A stretch of 64,000 nucleotides of DNA from Azohydromonas sp. (GTDB taxonomy: Bacteria; Pseudomonadota; Gammaproteobacteria; Burkholderiales; Burkholderiaceae_C): contig NZ_DAOKZA010000004.1 in assembly GCF_035325925.1 (NCBI RefSeq), positions 51,745 to 115,744 on the forward strand. Reading direction: 5' to 3'. Below are positions 38,507 to 47,478 of the stretch, in pieces (position 1 is the first letter of the stretch; each line of letters starts with the position of its first letter). The notes beneath the pieces were generated by a model that was not told the DNA's origin, did not search any database, and saw nothing but the letters and a program-made list of their open reading frames with translations. A program made the translations under genes and the position numbers.

Positions 38507-39424
38507 TCAGCCGCGTGCGCGTGATTCGGCGACGCGCCCGCGCACGAACTGCTCCAGCGTCGTGAGCGTGATGCCGTGTTCGCGCTCCAGGGCCGCGGCA
38601 CCGTCGAAACGTTCGCCGTACGCGTCGTCCGGCAGCGCCGACAACCGCAGCACGCGCGCCAGGCCCGGGTGCAGCGGCGCCGCCACGCCGGCGATCGCGC
38701 GTGCGATCCCCGCCGGAAGGCGGCCGATGCGCGCCGGGATGCCGGCCTCCCGCGCATAGAGCTGCGCGACCTGCGTGTTGCTGTGATGACCGTGGCCACC
38801 GAGCGACAGCCGCTGGAACGGCGGCGGGTCGTCGAGCAGCGCGCGCACCGCGAACTGCGCGACGTCGCTCGCGGCGACGAAGTTGCGCGGTTTCGTGCCG
38901 GGGCCGATCAGCCGCGCCTTGCCCTTGTCCAGCAGGTCCTTGCCATTGAACAGGTGCACGTGCTGTTCCATGAAGGCGGTCGGGCGCAGCACCACGTGGG
39001 GCAGGCCGCTGGCCGCCAGCGCCTGCTCGACGGCGTGTTTGGTGCGGAAGAAGTCGATCGGGTGGTCAGGCGCCGCACCGTGGGCGGAGGTGTAGACCAG
39101 TCGATCGACGCCTGCGGCCTTCGCGGCGGCAAACAGCGCGCGGTGGCCGGCGTCGTCGACGGCCTCCGACCGCCAGCGCCCGCGACCCAGCAGCCCGTGC
39201 GCCGCGGCCAGCACGCGCTGCACGCCGGCACAGGCGCGCTGCAGCGAGGCGATGTCGGTCAGGTCGCCGGCGACGACGTCGGCACCCAGCGCGGCCAGGT
39301 CGGCGGCCTTCTCGGGGTGGCGGGACAGCGCGCGCACCGGCACGCCGCGTTCGCGCAGCAGGCGCACGACCGGACGGCCGAGTGCGCCGGTCGCGCCGAC
39401 GACGAGGACACGCGGCGCTGCCAT
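38507..39424 (-). CDS. NmrA/SDR-family NAD(P)-binding protein
   Basis: MAAPRVLVVGATGALGRPVV is a Rossmann GxxGxxG motif. The overall layout is NmrA-like. It forms the C-terminal part of the 933-aa track ORF. Confidence 0.88.
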   Translation of the reverse strand: MAAPRVLVVGATGALGRPVVRLLRERGVPVRALSRHPEKAADLAALGADVVAGDLTDIASLQRACAGVQRVLAAAHGLLGRGRWRSEAVDDAGHRALFAAAKAAGVDRLVYTSAHGAAPDHPIDFFRTKHAVEQALAASGLPHVVLRPTAFMEQHVHLFNGKDLLDKGKARLIGPGTKPRNFVAASDVAQFAVRALLDDPPPFQRLSLGGHGHHSNTQVAQLYAREAGIPARIGRLPAGIARAIAGVAAPLHPGLARVLRLSALPDDAYGERFDGAAALEREHGITLTTLEQFVRGRVAESRARG

Positions 39425-39699
39425 CGCTGCGGATCGTCGTGATGCCGGCCCGATTCCGACATCCCACGAATGCACGGCCGCCGCCCGCGCGTGTCGCACA
39501 CCTTCAAGACGACGTGGCAGCGGGCCCTGCTCGGTCCCGCGATGTGCGCCGAGCCATGCCGTCGCGCCCCCGTTCTGCCTTCGTCGACGATCACCCCGCA
39601 GCCCGGACCCGTCGTTGCGCGTCCGGTGGCGCGCACTGCGCGCGGGCCTGGCCGCGACGCGGCGAAGACGCTGCGCTGCGTGCGCGGCCGGCGGGTCGA

Positions 39700-41136
39700 T
39701 CACCGCCGTGCCGGCAGCGGCGTGGTGCCGTCGGCCCCGATCGCGATCGCGATCGCCGGGCCGGCGCGAAGCCCGGAACGCCACCAGCCCGGCAGGCGCC
39801 ACAGCGTCAGCGCCGTCGTCACGCCGGCGCCCGTGGCCAGGCCGATCCACAGGCCGGTCACGCCCAGCGCCTGCGCCTCGCACAGGTACAGGCCGAGCGG
39901 CGCGCCGAGCGCCCAGTAGCCGGCCAGCATGCACAGCATCGGCGTGCGGCTGTCCTTGCGGCCGCGAAACAGGCCCGAGGCGGTCAGGCCGGGATAGCCG
40001 GCGAGTTGGATCAGGCCGAGCAGCACCAGCAGCACCGAAGCGATCTGCGCCGCCGCCTGGCCCGCGGCGTCGCCGCCGAAGAAGGTGTTGGCCAGCGGCC
40101 GTGCGCCGAAGGCCAGCAGCAGCATCAGCGCGGCCCCGCCGGCCGTCGCGAGCGCGAGGCCGGCGGTGGCGACGGCGCGGGCAGCGGCGGGATCGTGCAG
40201 TGCCATCGCCCTGGCCGTGCGCACGGTGGCCGCCTGCAGCATCGCCGCCGAGCCGGCGTAGGCGAGTCCGGCCATGCGCAGCGTCAGCGTGTGCGCGGCG
40301 ACCTCCGCCGCGCCCAGCGTCGCGGCGTAAAGCGTGGCACCGAGGAAGATGCCGGTCTCGGCGGTCATCGTGATCCCGATCGGGACGCCGACGCGCAGCA
40401 CCGCCACCAGACCCGGCCCGTCGAGCGCCGGCGTGCCGGCGGTGGCGCGCGCCGGCGGCAGCGCGCGGCGCGCGACGACGACGAGCACGCCCAGGCTGGT
40501 CAGCGCCACCAGCACCGAGGACACGCCGGCGCCGGTCGGGCCCAGCGCAGGCACGGGGCCCAGGCCTTGCATCAGCACCAGGTTGGCGGCGGCGTTCAGC
40601 GGCAGCATCGCCAGCGTGATCTTGAGGAACACCTTCGGCCGCTCGGCGGCGGTCAGCACCGTGCGGTACAGCGCGATCCCCAGCATCGGCACCAGCAGCA
40701 GCGCCATGCTTTGCGCGTAGCCGCGTCCCTGCTCGAGCAACCCGGCGTCGAGGCCGAGGCGGCGCAGCCAGTCCGGCGCAAACCAGAGCAGCGGCGCGCC
40801 GATCAGCGCCAGCATCGCCACCACGGCCCGGCCGATGCGATCGAGCCGCAGGCGCTCGTCGGCCTGCGCGCGCGCCAGGGCCGCGGTGTAGAAGGGCGTG
40901 AGGCCGCCGAGGATGCCGGCGCCGAGGTAGAAGAGGATCGACTGCAGATCGCTGCCGACCGCGACCGCGGCCAGCGCGTCGGCCCCGAAGTAGGCCGACA
41001 CCATCACCGTGTCGGTGATGCTCATGCCCATGTTGACGAAGGCGATCAGCATGATCGGCAGCGCCAGCCGCAGCAGTGCGCGCCCTTCGGCGTGCGGGCC
41101 GCCGGCTTCGGCGGCAGGTGTCTCGGGGTCGATCAC
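39700..41136 (-). CDS. MATE-family multidrug/toxin efflux transporter
   Basis: LLRLALPIMLIAFVNMGMSITDTVMVS is present, with 12 predicted TM segments. A GTG start at 41136 is preceded by GAGGAGG. Confidence 0.9.
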   Translation of the reverse strand: MIDPETPAAEAGGPHAEGRALLRLALPIMLIAFVNMGMSITDTVMVSAYFGADALAAVAVGSDLQSILFYLGAGILGGLTPFYTAALARAQADERLRLDRIGRAVVAMLALIGAPLLWFAPDWLRRLGLDAGLLEQGRGYAQSMALLLVPMLGIALYRTVLTAAERPKVFLKITLAMLPLNAAANLVLMQGLGPVPALGPTGAGVSSVLVALTSLGVLVVVARRALPPARATAGTPALDGPGLVAVLRVGVPIGITMTAETGIFLGATLYAATLGAAEVAAHTLTLRMAGLAYAGSAAMLQAATVRTARAMALHDPAAARAVATAGLALATAGGAALMLLLAFGARPLANTFFGGDAAGQAAAQIASVLLVLLGLIQLAGYPGLTASGLFRGRKDSRTPMLCMLAGYWALGAPLGLYLCEAQALGVTGLWIGLATGAGVTTALTLWRLPGWWRSGLRAGPAIAIAIGADGTTPLPARR

Positions 41137-41441
41137 GGGGCCTCCTCGTGCGCGCGCAGCGCGTCGTTGCGGTGACGGTGATCGTCGCGGCGCGCGCCGT
41201 GCGGCAACAGAGGCGGGATCGCCCGCGACCGGTCCGTTCGTGCCACGCCGGGCACGACGCCGATCGACGAGGGTGCATCGCCTCGTGCCGAGCGCACGAC
41301 CGGGCCACTGGGGGGCCGGACCGCGGTTGGCCGAGAATCGCCGACTCGATCGCCGACCCGGGTCACCGTGACATTCGCCGCCCTTCGCCAGCACTGCGCG
41401 GTGGCGCAGCGCGAGCGGCTGGCGCTGCGGCCGTGGTGGAG

Positions 41442-41981
41442 ATGAACGCCGACCCGCTGCCGGTGGCCGGCGATCGCGTCGTGCTGCGCCGCGTCGTCCG
41501 CGCCGACCTGGCGGCGTTCCAGGCCTACCGCCACGACGCCGAGGTCGGCCGCTACCAGGGCTGGACGCCGATGACCGACGCGCAGGCGCTCGCCTTCATC
41601 GACGAGATGGCCACGGCGCCGCTGTTCCCCGCCGGCGCCTGGGTGCAGATCGGCATCGCCGCGCGTGCCTCGGGTGCGCTGATCGGCGACCTCGGCGCCC
41701 GTGTCGCTGCCGACGGGGCCTCGGCCGAGATCGGCTTCACGCTCGCGCGGCCGGTGCAGGGGCGCGGGCTCGGCGGCGAGGCGGTCGGCCTCGCGCTCGC
41801 GCTGCTGTTCGGCCGCACCGGTGTCACACGCGTCGAGGCGGTCACCGACGCGCGCAACACCGCGTCGATCCGGCTGCTCGAGCGCGCCGGGTTCCGGCGC
41901 GCTGCGACTGCCGACGCGGTGTTCCGAGGCGAGCCCTGCGTCGAACACCGCTACCGGCTCGACCGGCCCGGCGTCGGCTGA
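41442..41981 (+). CDS. GNAT-family N-acetyltransferase (RimJ/RimL-like)
   Basis: The acetyl-CoA-binding segment is QGRGLGGEAVGLAL, and NTASIRLLERAGFRR is present. Confidence 0.88.
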   Translation: MNADPLPVAGDRVVLRRVVRADLAAFQAYRHDAEVGRYQGWTPMTDAQALAFIDEMATAPLFPAGAWVQIGIAARASGALIGDLGARVAADGASAEIGFTLARPVQGRGLGGEAVGLALALLFGRTGVTRVEAVTDARNTASIRLLERAGFRRAATADAVFRGEPCVEHRYRLDRPGVG

Positions 41982-42435
41982 GCGGCGGCGCTCACCGCGC
42001 GCCGCCAGCGCCGCGGCCGAGGCGATCGAACACACGACCGGCCACATCGCCCGCCACCGGCGGGCCGCATGTCCGCTTCCCGGCCGGCACCGGCGCAGCA
42101 CGGGGCCACGCGAAGCGCGACGCGGCCGCGCACGCAGACGCACCGGCGGAGGCGACGTCGCACGGCCGGCGCGTGCAGGTGCATCACGTCCGGTCGCGAC
42201 CGGCGCCGCTGCGCACCCGGCGCGGGCAGTGCCCCGCATCCCCGGTGTCGACGCGACAGCGTGATCCCCGAGAATCGTCGCGATGGCCCGCACGCGGATC
42301 ACTGGCGCTCCCGCACTTGCCGCATCGGGGCCCGCGAGCGAGAGCCGGTCGACGGTGCCCGGCGCGTCGCCGCCGCCGGAGCCGTGCGGCGACACGGAGG
42401 CATCGCCCCGGGCCTCGGCCCCGGAGTGGCTCGCG

Positions 42436-44157
42436 ATGGCCACGCGACGCCGGCAGACGCCGAGCGCTGGTGAACGTAGCGAGACGAGGCGGCTGACGCT
42501 GCCGCTGTTGCTGTCGCTGCTGGTGCATGCACCGCTGCTCAGCCTGACTCTCGGTGACGACGGGTGGGGCCTGCCGGGTCTTGCCTGGCCCTGGCAGGAG
42601 CGCCGCGTGGTCGTGCCCGACCTGCGCGTCGTGCTGATGCCGCCGCCCGCCACGCCCGTCCCGTCACCCGACGGGCAGGCCGTGGACCCGGCGCCCGGGG
42701 TGCCGACCGAGGCCCGCAGGGCCGGACGTCCGGCGCCGGCGCCGCTGCCGGCAGCGGTGCCCCTGCCGGCGGTGCCACGCCCATGGCAGATGCCGGCTGC
42801 GGTGAGCGCACCTGCAGAGCCGCCCGCGATGCCGTTCGCGGCGATGCCGGACACCGCGGGGGTGGCGGTCGATGCGCCACAGCCCGCCGGCGAGCCCGAT
42901 CGACCGGCGCCCGACCCGACGGCGCAGGCGCCCTCGGGCCTCGGCGAGCCGACCGGCGACGCCGATCCGCTCGCCAGCGCCGCGGTGTTGGCGCAGGAGT
43001 CGGTCGTCGCCGTTGCCGCTTCCGCGTCGACCCCGCCGCAGGTGGCATCGGCGCCTCGGGAAGGCGGCGACGTGACCCGCGATGAAGCCGGGTCGCGGGA
43101 GGCCGAACGGCAGGAGGCGGCGCGCGAGGAGGCCGCACGCGAAGAGGCCGCACGCGAGGAGGCGGCGCGCGAGGAGGCCGCACGCGAGGAGGCCGCACGC
43201 GAAGAGGCCGCACGCGAGGAGGCTGCACGCGAGGAGGCTGCACGCGAGGAGGCTGCGCGACAGGACGTGGCGCGACTCGAGGCTGCGCGGGTCCGGGCCG
43301 AGCGCGAGGCGTCGGCGCGTCGGGAAGCTGCGCAGGTCGAGGCGCAGCGCCAGGAGGCGGCGCGGCAGGAGGCGGCACGCATCGAGGCTGCGCGAGCGCA
43401 GGCCGAGCGTGACGAGGCGGCGCGCATCGAGGCGGCGCGCCAGGCCGAGCGCGAGGAGGCGGAGCGGCAGGAAGCGGCACAGCGGGAAGCCGCGCGCCTC
43501 GAGGTTGCGCGGCTGCAGGCAGAGCGCGAGCAAGCAGCGCGACAGGAAGCAGCGCAACAGGAAGCGGCGCGCCATGAGGCCGCGCGCCAGGAGGCCGCGC
43601 GCCATGAGGCCGCGCGCGCCGAGGCTGCGCGCTTGCAGGCCGAGCGCGACGAGGCTGCGCGTCGGGAGGCCGCCGCGCAGGACGAGGCGCGGCGCGAGGC
43701 GGTGAAGCGGGCCATCGGGCGCCAGCTCGCCGAGGAAGCCGCGCGGCGCGAAGCCGCGGCACGGGCCGCCGCGCAGCCCGACTCGTTGCCCCATTCGCTG
43801 AGCACCGCCCGGCGCGTGCGGCTGTGGGGCTACACGCACCCCAACGCGGAACTCGTTCAGTACGCGCAGGCCTGGGCTCTGCGGATCCAGCTCAACACGC
43901 CGCACGCCACCGTGCGCGAGATCGCGAGTCGCGCGCATCGGCCACCGACGGTGGCGGTGGCCGTGCGCAGCGACGGGTCGGTGGAATCGGTGACCTTCAC
44001 GGTGTCCAGCGGTGTGCCGCAGGTGGACGAAGCGGTCCGGCGCATCGTCGAGCGCCTGCAGCCCCACACGCCGTTCCCGCCGCTGCTGGCGCGAGAGGTC
44101 GACGTGCTCGAGATCCGGCGCACCTGGCACTTCGACGCAGCCGTGCGCCTGCACTGA
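42436..44157 (+). CDS. TonB C-terminal-domain protein with an N-terminal TM anchor, a Pro-rich region and a very long E/A/R/Q-rich helical repeat region
   Basis: The anchor is RRLTLPLLLSLLVHAPLLSL. The Pro-rich stretch spans roughly aa 60-200. It is followed by (EEAAR)n and related repeats. The C-terminus VESVTFTVSSGVPQVDEAVRRIVERLQPHTPFP is TonB_C-like. ATG at 42436 is chosen; the track ORF starts at 42283. Confidence 0.8.
   Translation: MATRRRQTPSAGERSETRRLTLPLLLSLLVHAPLLSLTLGDDGWGLPGLAWPWQERRVVVPDLRVVLMPPPATPVPSPDGQAVDPAPGVPTEARRAGRPAPAPLPAAVPLPAVPRPWQMPAAVSAPAEPPAMPFAAMPDTAGVAVDAPQPAGEPDRPAPDPTAQAPSGLGEPTGDADPLASAAVLAQESVVAVAASASTPPQVASAPREGGDVTRDEAGSREAERQEAAREEAAREEAAREEAAREEAAREEAAREEAAREEAAREEAAREEAARQDVARLEAARVRAEREASARREAAQVEAQRQEAARQEAARIEAARAQAERDEAARIEAARQAEREEAERQEAAQREAARLEVARLQAEREQAARQEAAQQEAARHEAARQEAARHEAARAEAARLQAERDEAARREAAAQDEARREAVKRAIGRQLAEEAARREAAARAAAQPDSLPHSLSTARRVRLWGYTHPNAELVQYAQAWALRIQLNTPHATVREIASRAHRPPTVAVAVRSDGSVESVTFTVSSGVPQVDEAVRRIVERLQPHTPFPPLLAREVDVLEIRRTWHFDAAVRLH
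43111..43260 (+). repeat. Tandem 15-bp coding repeat, about 10 units (1x QEAAR, 9x EEAAR)
   Basis: Read directly: units of gag/gaa gag gcN gcN cgN repeat head to tail from 43111 to 43260. Degenerate related units continue to about 43770. Confidence 0.9.
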
Positions 44158-44208
44158 CGAAGGGCTCGCGCCACCGCGTGGATCGCGGCGACGCGCGGGC
44201 CGCCGCGT

Positions 44209-44658
44209 TCAGCCCGCGCCCGGGCGCCGCGTCACAGCCGGCGGCACTGGTCCTCCTTGCTCGCTGCCCGGTTGCCGCCGCCCGTGGGTGAAGGGATGTT
44301 CTCCTTGCACTGCAGGTTGCCCTTCATGCGGTTGTTCGCCAGCGCCAGGCCGCCGTAGTTCTTGAACGCCTGCAGGTTGCCGCCGAGCACGTTGTCGCTG
44401 GCGTTCAGCGCGCCGGTGTTCTCGTCGAACTGGCGTGCCGTCGAGCACGCAGCTGGCGCCGTCGGGGACGAAGATGTCGTCGAGGTGGACGGCGCCGATG
44501 CGCCCGGTGCACTGGCGCTCGTCGGCGCTGGCGGGGCCGGCGGCGCGCGGCCACGGCCTTGCCGACGCGGTGCTGCGCCGCCACCCCCGGCACCCGACGA
44601 CGGGCTGCTCGAAGTACTGCGTCGGCCTGGGTGCCATCGGTGCGGTCGACCGCTTCAA
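44209..44658 (-). pseudogene. Frameshifted gene for a small Cys-containing, beta-helix-like repeat protein
   Basis: The track frame gives QCTGRIGAVHLDDIFVPDGASCVLDGT and then becomes Arg-rich nonsense. The +1 frame continues plausibly: ARQFDENTGALNASDNVLGGNLQAFKNYGGLALANNRMKGNLQCKENIPSPTGGGNRAASKEDQC, with a stop at 44231. No convincing signal peptide was found. Confidence 0.4.
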
Positions 44659-44840
44659 CCGCTTCCGGCCGGCTCTGCGGCGACTGGGCGTGCTGCCGTC
44701 GACCGCGTGAGGGCCCGCCGCGCGTGCGCCCGGTGTCGCCGGGCGGGCGGCATGGCCGCCGCGCCGACAATGCGCGCTGCCGGTCGAGAGACGCGCGCGC
44801 GGACAGACGCCGGCATGCCCGAACCGAGGAGAACCGCACC

Positions 44841-45437
44841 ATGCCCTGCTACGCCATCGACGGCATCGCCCCCGTCGTCGACCCCACCGCGTTCGTGCAC
44901 CCCGCCGCGGTGCTGATCGGCGACGTCATCGTCGGCCCCGGCTGCTACGTCGGCCCCTGCGCGTGCCTGCGCGGCGACATGGGCCGCATCGAGCTGCGGC
45001 GCGGCGCCAACGTGCAGGACTGCTGCGTGGTGCACAGCTTCCCGAACGGCGACGTGGTGATCGAGGAGGACGGTCACGTCGGGCACGGCGCCATCCTGCA
45101 CGGCTGCACCGTCAAGCGCGACGCGATGGTCGGCATGAACGCGGTGGTCATGGACGAGGCGGTGGTCGGCGAACAGGCGATCGTCGGCGCCTGCGCCTTC
45201 GTGCCTGCGAAGACGGTGCTGGCGCCGCGCGCGCTGGCGGTCGGTGCGCCGGCGAAGGTCGTGCGCACGCTCGACGACGAAGGCGTCGCGCGCAAGCGCG
45301 AGGGCACCGCCGTGTACCACGACCTCGCGCAGCGCTCGCTGGCGACGCTGCACGAGGTGCGCCCCGACACCGCCGTCGCGGCCGACCGGCCGCGGCTGCG
45401 GCTGCCGACGCTGCGCAGCCTGACGGGCCGGCACTGA
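44841..45437 (+). CDS. Hexapeptide-repeat gamma-carbonic-anhydrase-like protein (PaaY/CaiE-like)
   Basis: MPCYAIDGIAPVVDPTAFVHPAAVLIGDVIVGPGCYVGP...GHVGHGAILHGC is nearly colinear with the E. coli PaaY sequence as I recall it. Confidence 0.88.
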   Translation: MPCYAIDGIAPVVDPTAFVHPAAVLIGDVIVGPGCYVGPCACLRGDMGRIELRRGANVQDCCVVHSFPNGDVVIEEDGHVGHGAILHGCTVKRDAMVGMNAVVMDEAVVGEQAIVGACAFVPAKTVLAPRALAVGAPAKVVRTLDDEGVARKREGTAVYHDLAQRSLATLHEVRPDTAVAADRPRLRLPTLRSLTGRH

Positions 45438-45522
45438 AGCGCCGCCGCAGGCGGGGCCGGCCGACGACCGGCAAGGCCGGCGCGTGCCGATCGCGCGTCC
45501 ACCGGGCGGCCCGGTCGCGGCC

Positions 45523-46158
45523 TCACCAGCGCAGCAGCCGCGGCCCGAGGACGCCGCCCAGCAGCGCCACCAGCGCGATGCCCGCCGAGTACCACAAGGC
45601 CACGAAGGCCGGCGAGGTCTCGGTGCACGACAAGGCGTAGCCCAGCGCGCCCACCGCGCCGGCCATCAGGCCGGCCGCGAACCCGGCGGCGCGCGGGCGC
45701 GTCGTCGCCAGCCCACGCACCGCCCACAGCGCCGCCGCCAGCGCCGGCAACGACAGCGCGAACACGCTGGCCGGGCAACGGCTCCACGAGTGACCGAGGA
45801 TCGCCGCTTCGCGCGCCTGCGCCGGGGCCAGCGCGACGATGCCGGCACCGATCGCGAGCATCGCCGCCACCACGGCCGCCGCGACCAGCGCCGGTGCGCG
45901 CACGCGCGCCACCGGCCTGGACAACCGCGCCGTCAGCCAACCGGCCGCGGCGGCGAGCGCGCCGGCGTAGGCGAGCTTCATCCATGGCGCCGGCGTGCGG
46001 TACATCTCCATCGGGATGCCGCCGAGCACGGCCAGCGCCACCAGCGCGCTCGCCGCCAGGCCCAGCGCGGCCGCCGGCGCCAGCCGGCGCGCGGCCGCCG
46101 CGCGCGGTGCCGGCCCGGCGCTGCGCGCCAGCATGTCGATCAGCGTCTCGGTCTTCAT
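45523..46158 (-). CDS. nrsF: NrsF-family (DUF1109) membrane anti-sigma factor
   Basis: The N-terminus is MKTETLIDMLARSAGP, followed by six hydrophobic segments. It lies directly downstream of the ECF sigma gene. Confidence 0.85.
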   Translation of the reverse strand: MKTETLIDMLARSAGPAPRAAAARRLAPAAALGLAASALVALAVLGGIPMEMYRTPAPWMKLAYAGALAAAAGWLTARLSRPVARVRAPALVAAAVVAAMLAIGAGIVALAPAQAREAAILGHSWSRCPASVFALSLPALAAALWAVRGLATTRPRAAGFAAGLMAGAVGALGYALSCTETSPAFVALWYSAGIALVALLGGVLGPRLLRW

Positions 46159-46183
46159 CGTCGTCCCGCCGGGAGTCGGGCGC

Positions 46184-46738
46184 TCAGCGCCGCACCCATG
46201 CCGCCAGCCGCCTGAGCCCGCGGTGCACCTGCACCTTGACCGCCGACTCCGACGCGCCGGTGCGCAGCGCGGCTTCGGCCACCGACAGCCCCTCGATCTT
46301 GGTCAGCACGATCGCCTGCCGCTGCGCCGCCGGCAACGCGTCGAGCAGCTGCTGCAGGTCGCGGCTCGCGCCGCCGTCGTCAGGCGCGGCGGCCAGCAGC
46401 TGCTCGTCGACGTCGTCGAGCGCGTCGTGCAGGTGCTCGCGGCGCCCGCGACGCCGCCACAGGTCGACCAGCTTGTGGCGCGCGATCGCCACCACCCAGG
46501 CGCTGACCGGCAGCGCCGGGTCGTAGGTGCCGCGCTGCAGGTGCAGCGCGAGCAGGGTCTCTTGCACCAGATCCTCCACTTCGTCGGGCACGTCGCGCAG
46601 GCGCCTCTTCAGGTAGCCGCGCAGCCGCGTGGCGATGCGCCGCAGGCTCTCGCGGTAGGCCGCCTCGTCGCCGGCCTGCGCACGCAGCCACAGCGGCTTC
46701 AGGGCCGACTCGAACTCGCTGCCGGCGTCGTCGGACAC
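46184..46738 (-). CDS. sigF: ECF (group IV) RNA polymerase sigma factor, sigmaF-type
   Basis: Region 2 is EDLVQETLLALHLQRGTYD...WVVAIARHKLVDLWRR. Region 4 is LPAAQRQAIVLTKIEGLSVAEAALRTGASESAVKVQVHRGL. A GTG start at 46738 is proposed; see the finding on the conflict with the adjacent promoter motif. Confidence 0.88.
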   Translation of the reverse strand: MSDDAGSEFESALKPLWLRAQAGDEAAYRESLRRIATRLRGYLKRRLRDVPDEVEDLVQETLLALHLQRGTYDPALPVSAWVVAIARHKLVDLWRRRGRREHLHDALDDVDEQLLAAAPDDGGASRDLQQLLDALPAAQRQAIVLTKIEGLSVAEAALRTGASESAVKVQVHRGLRRLAAWVRR

Positions 46739-46764
46739 TTCGTCGTGCGGGGCACTCTGGTTAC
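46739..46764 (-). promoter_or_regulatory. ECF-type promoter motif GTAACC-N16-CGAA upstream of the sigma gene
   Basis: The minus strand reads TGTAACC agagtgccccgcacga CGAA GTG. The same motif and spacing occur at 49605-49630 (-) and 49669-49694 (+). Confidence 0.5.
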
Positions 46765-46935
46765 AGCGGCCGCAGCGGACGCCGGGGTCGGTGCGAACCT
46801 GCACACCCGGCGCCGATTCTGCCGCTGCCGAGCCCGACGTCCGCGCGACGGCGACGCCGCGGTCGCGATGGCGCAAGCGCCGCGAACCCGTCCGCCGCCA
46901 CGGGTGCGGCGCGACCGTCGCCGCAGCCAGCGCGC

Positions 46936-47478
46936 TCAACGGCGGGCGATCAGGTGGTCGATCGCGATCACGCCGGGGCCTCGCGAGATCAGCCACAGCA
47001 GCACCGCCGCCCATACCCCGTGCGTCGCGTAGGCGCCGGGGTAGACGAGGAACTGGATCACCGCCGTCATCACCAGCAGCCCCAGCGCGGCAACGCGCGT
47101 GCCCAGCCCGATCAGCAGCAGCAGCGGCAGCACGTGTTCGCCCACCGCGGCGAGCAGCGCGGCCGACTCGGGCGGCAGCAGCGGCAGGCGGTATTCGTCG
47201 CGGAACAGCGCGACGGCCGACGGCGCGAGGCGCGGCACGCCCCATTCGAAGTGGCCGCCGACGATGTCGATCGCCAGCCCCTCGACCTTGGTCTGGCCCG
47301 AGCTCCAGAACACCGCGGCCACCGAGAAGCGCCCGAGCAGCGCGACCGCCGAATGCGGCAACGCCGACATCCAGCGCAGCGCGCCGTCGCGCATCGCGCG
47401 CAGCGGGCTCGAAATGCCGTGCGCGCCGGGCGCGGGCGCCGCGGTGCGCGACGGGGTGGGCGTCGGGGAGGCGGTCAT
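46936..47478 (-). CDS. bufD: DoxX-family membrane protein (BufD/GigT-like position)
   Basis: GRFSVAAVFWSSGQTKV and HVLPLLLLIGLGTRVAALGLLVMTAVIQFLVYP are present. The ATG overlaps the upstream stop (ATGA). Confidence 0.88.
   Translation of the reverse strand: MTASPTPTPSRTAAPAPGAHGISSPLRAMRDGALRWMSALPHSAVALLGRFSVAAVFWSSGQTKVEGLAIDIVGGHFEWGVPRLAPSAVALFRDEYRLPLLPPESAALLAAVGEHVLPLLLLIGLGTRVAALGLLVMTAVIQFLVYPGAYATHGVWAAVLLWLISRGPGVIAIDHLIARR

Noticed and set aside
43111-43260. Possible CRISPR-like or other non-coding repeat array
   Set aside because: The units are 15 bp, contiguous without spacers, in frame, and encode EEAAR inside a well-supported ORF. This is a coding tandem repeat, not a CRISPR array.
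41133-44154. Long minus-strand ORFs (890, 496 and 407 aa) with repetitive SRAAS / PPRV strings
   Set aside because: They are mirror and off-frame images of the E/A/R repeat region of the TonB-like gene. The repeats are a by-product of the 15-bp tandem array on the other strand.
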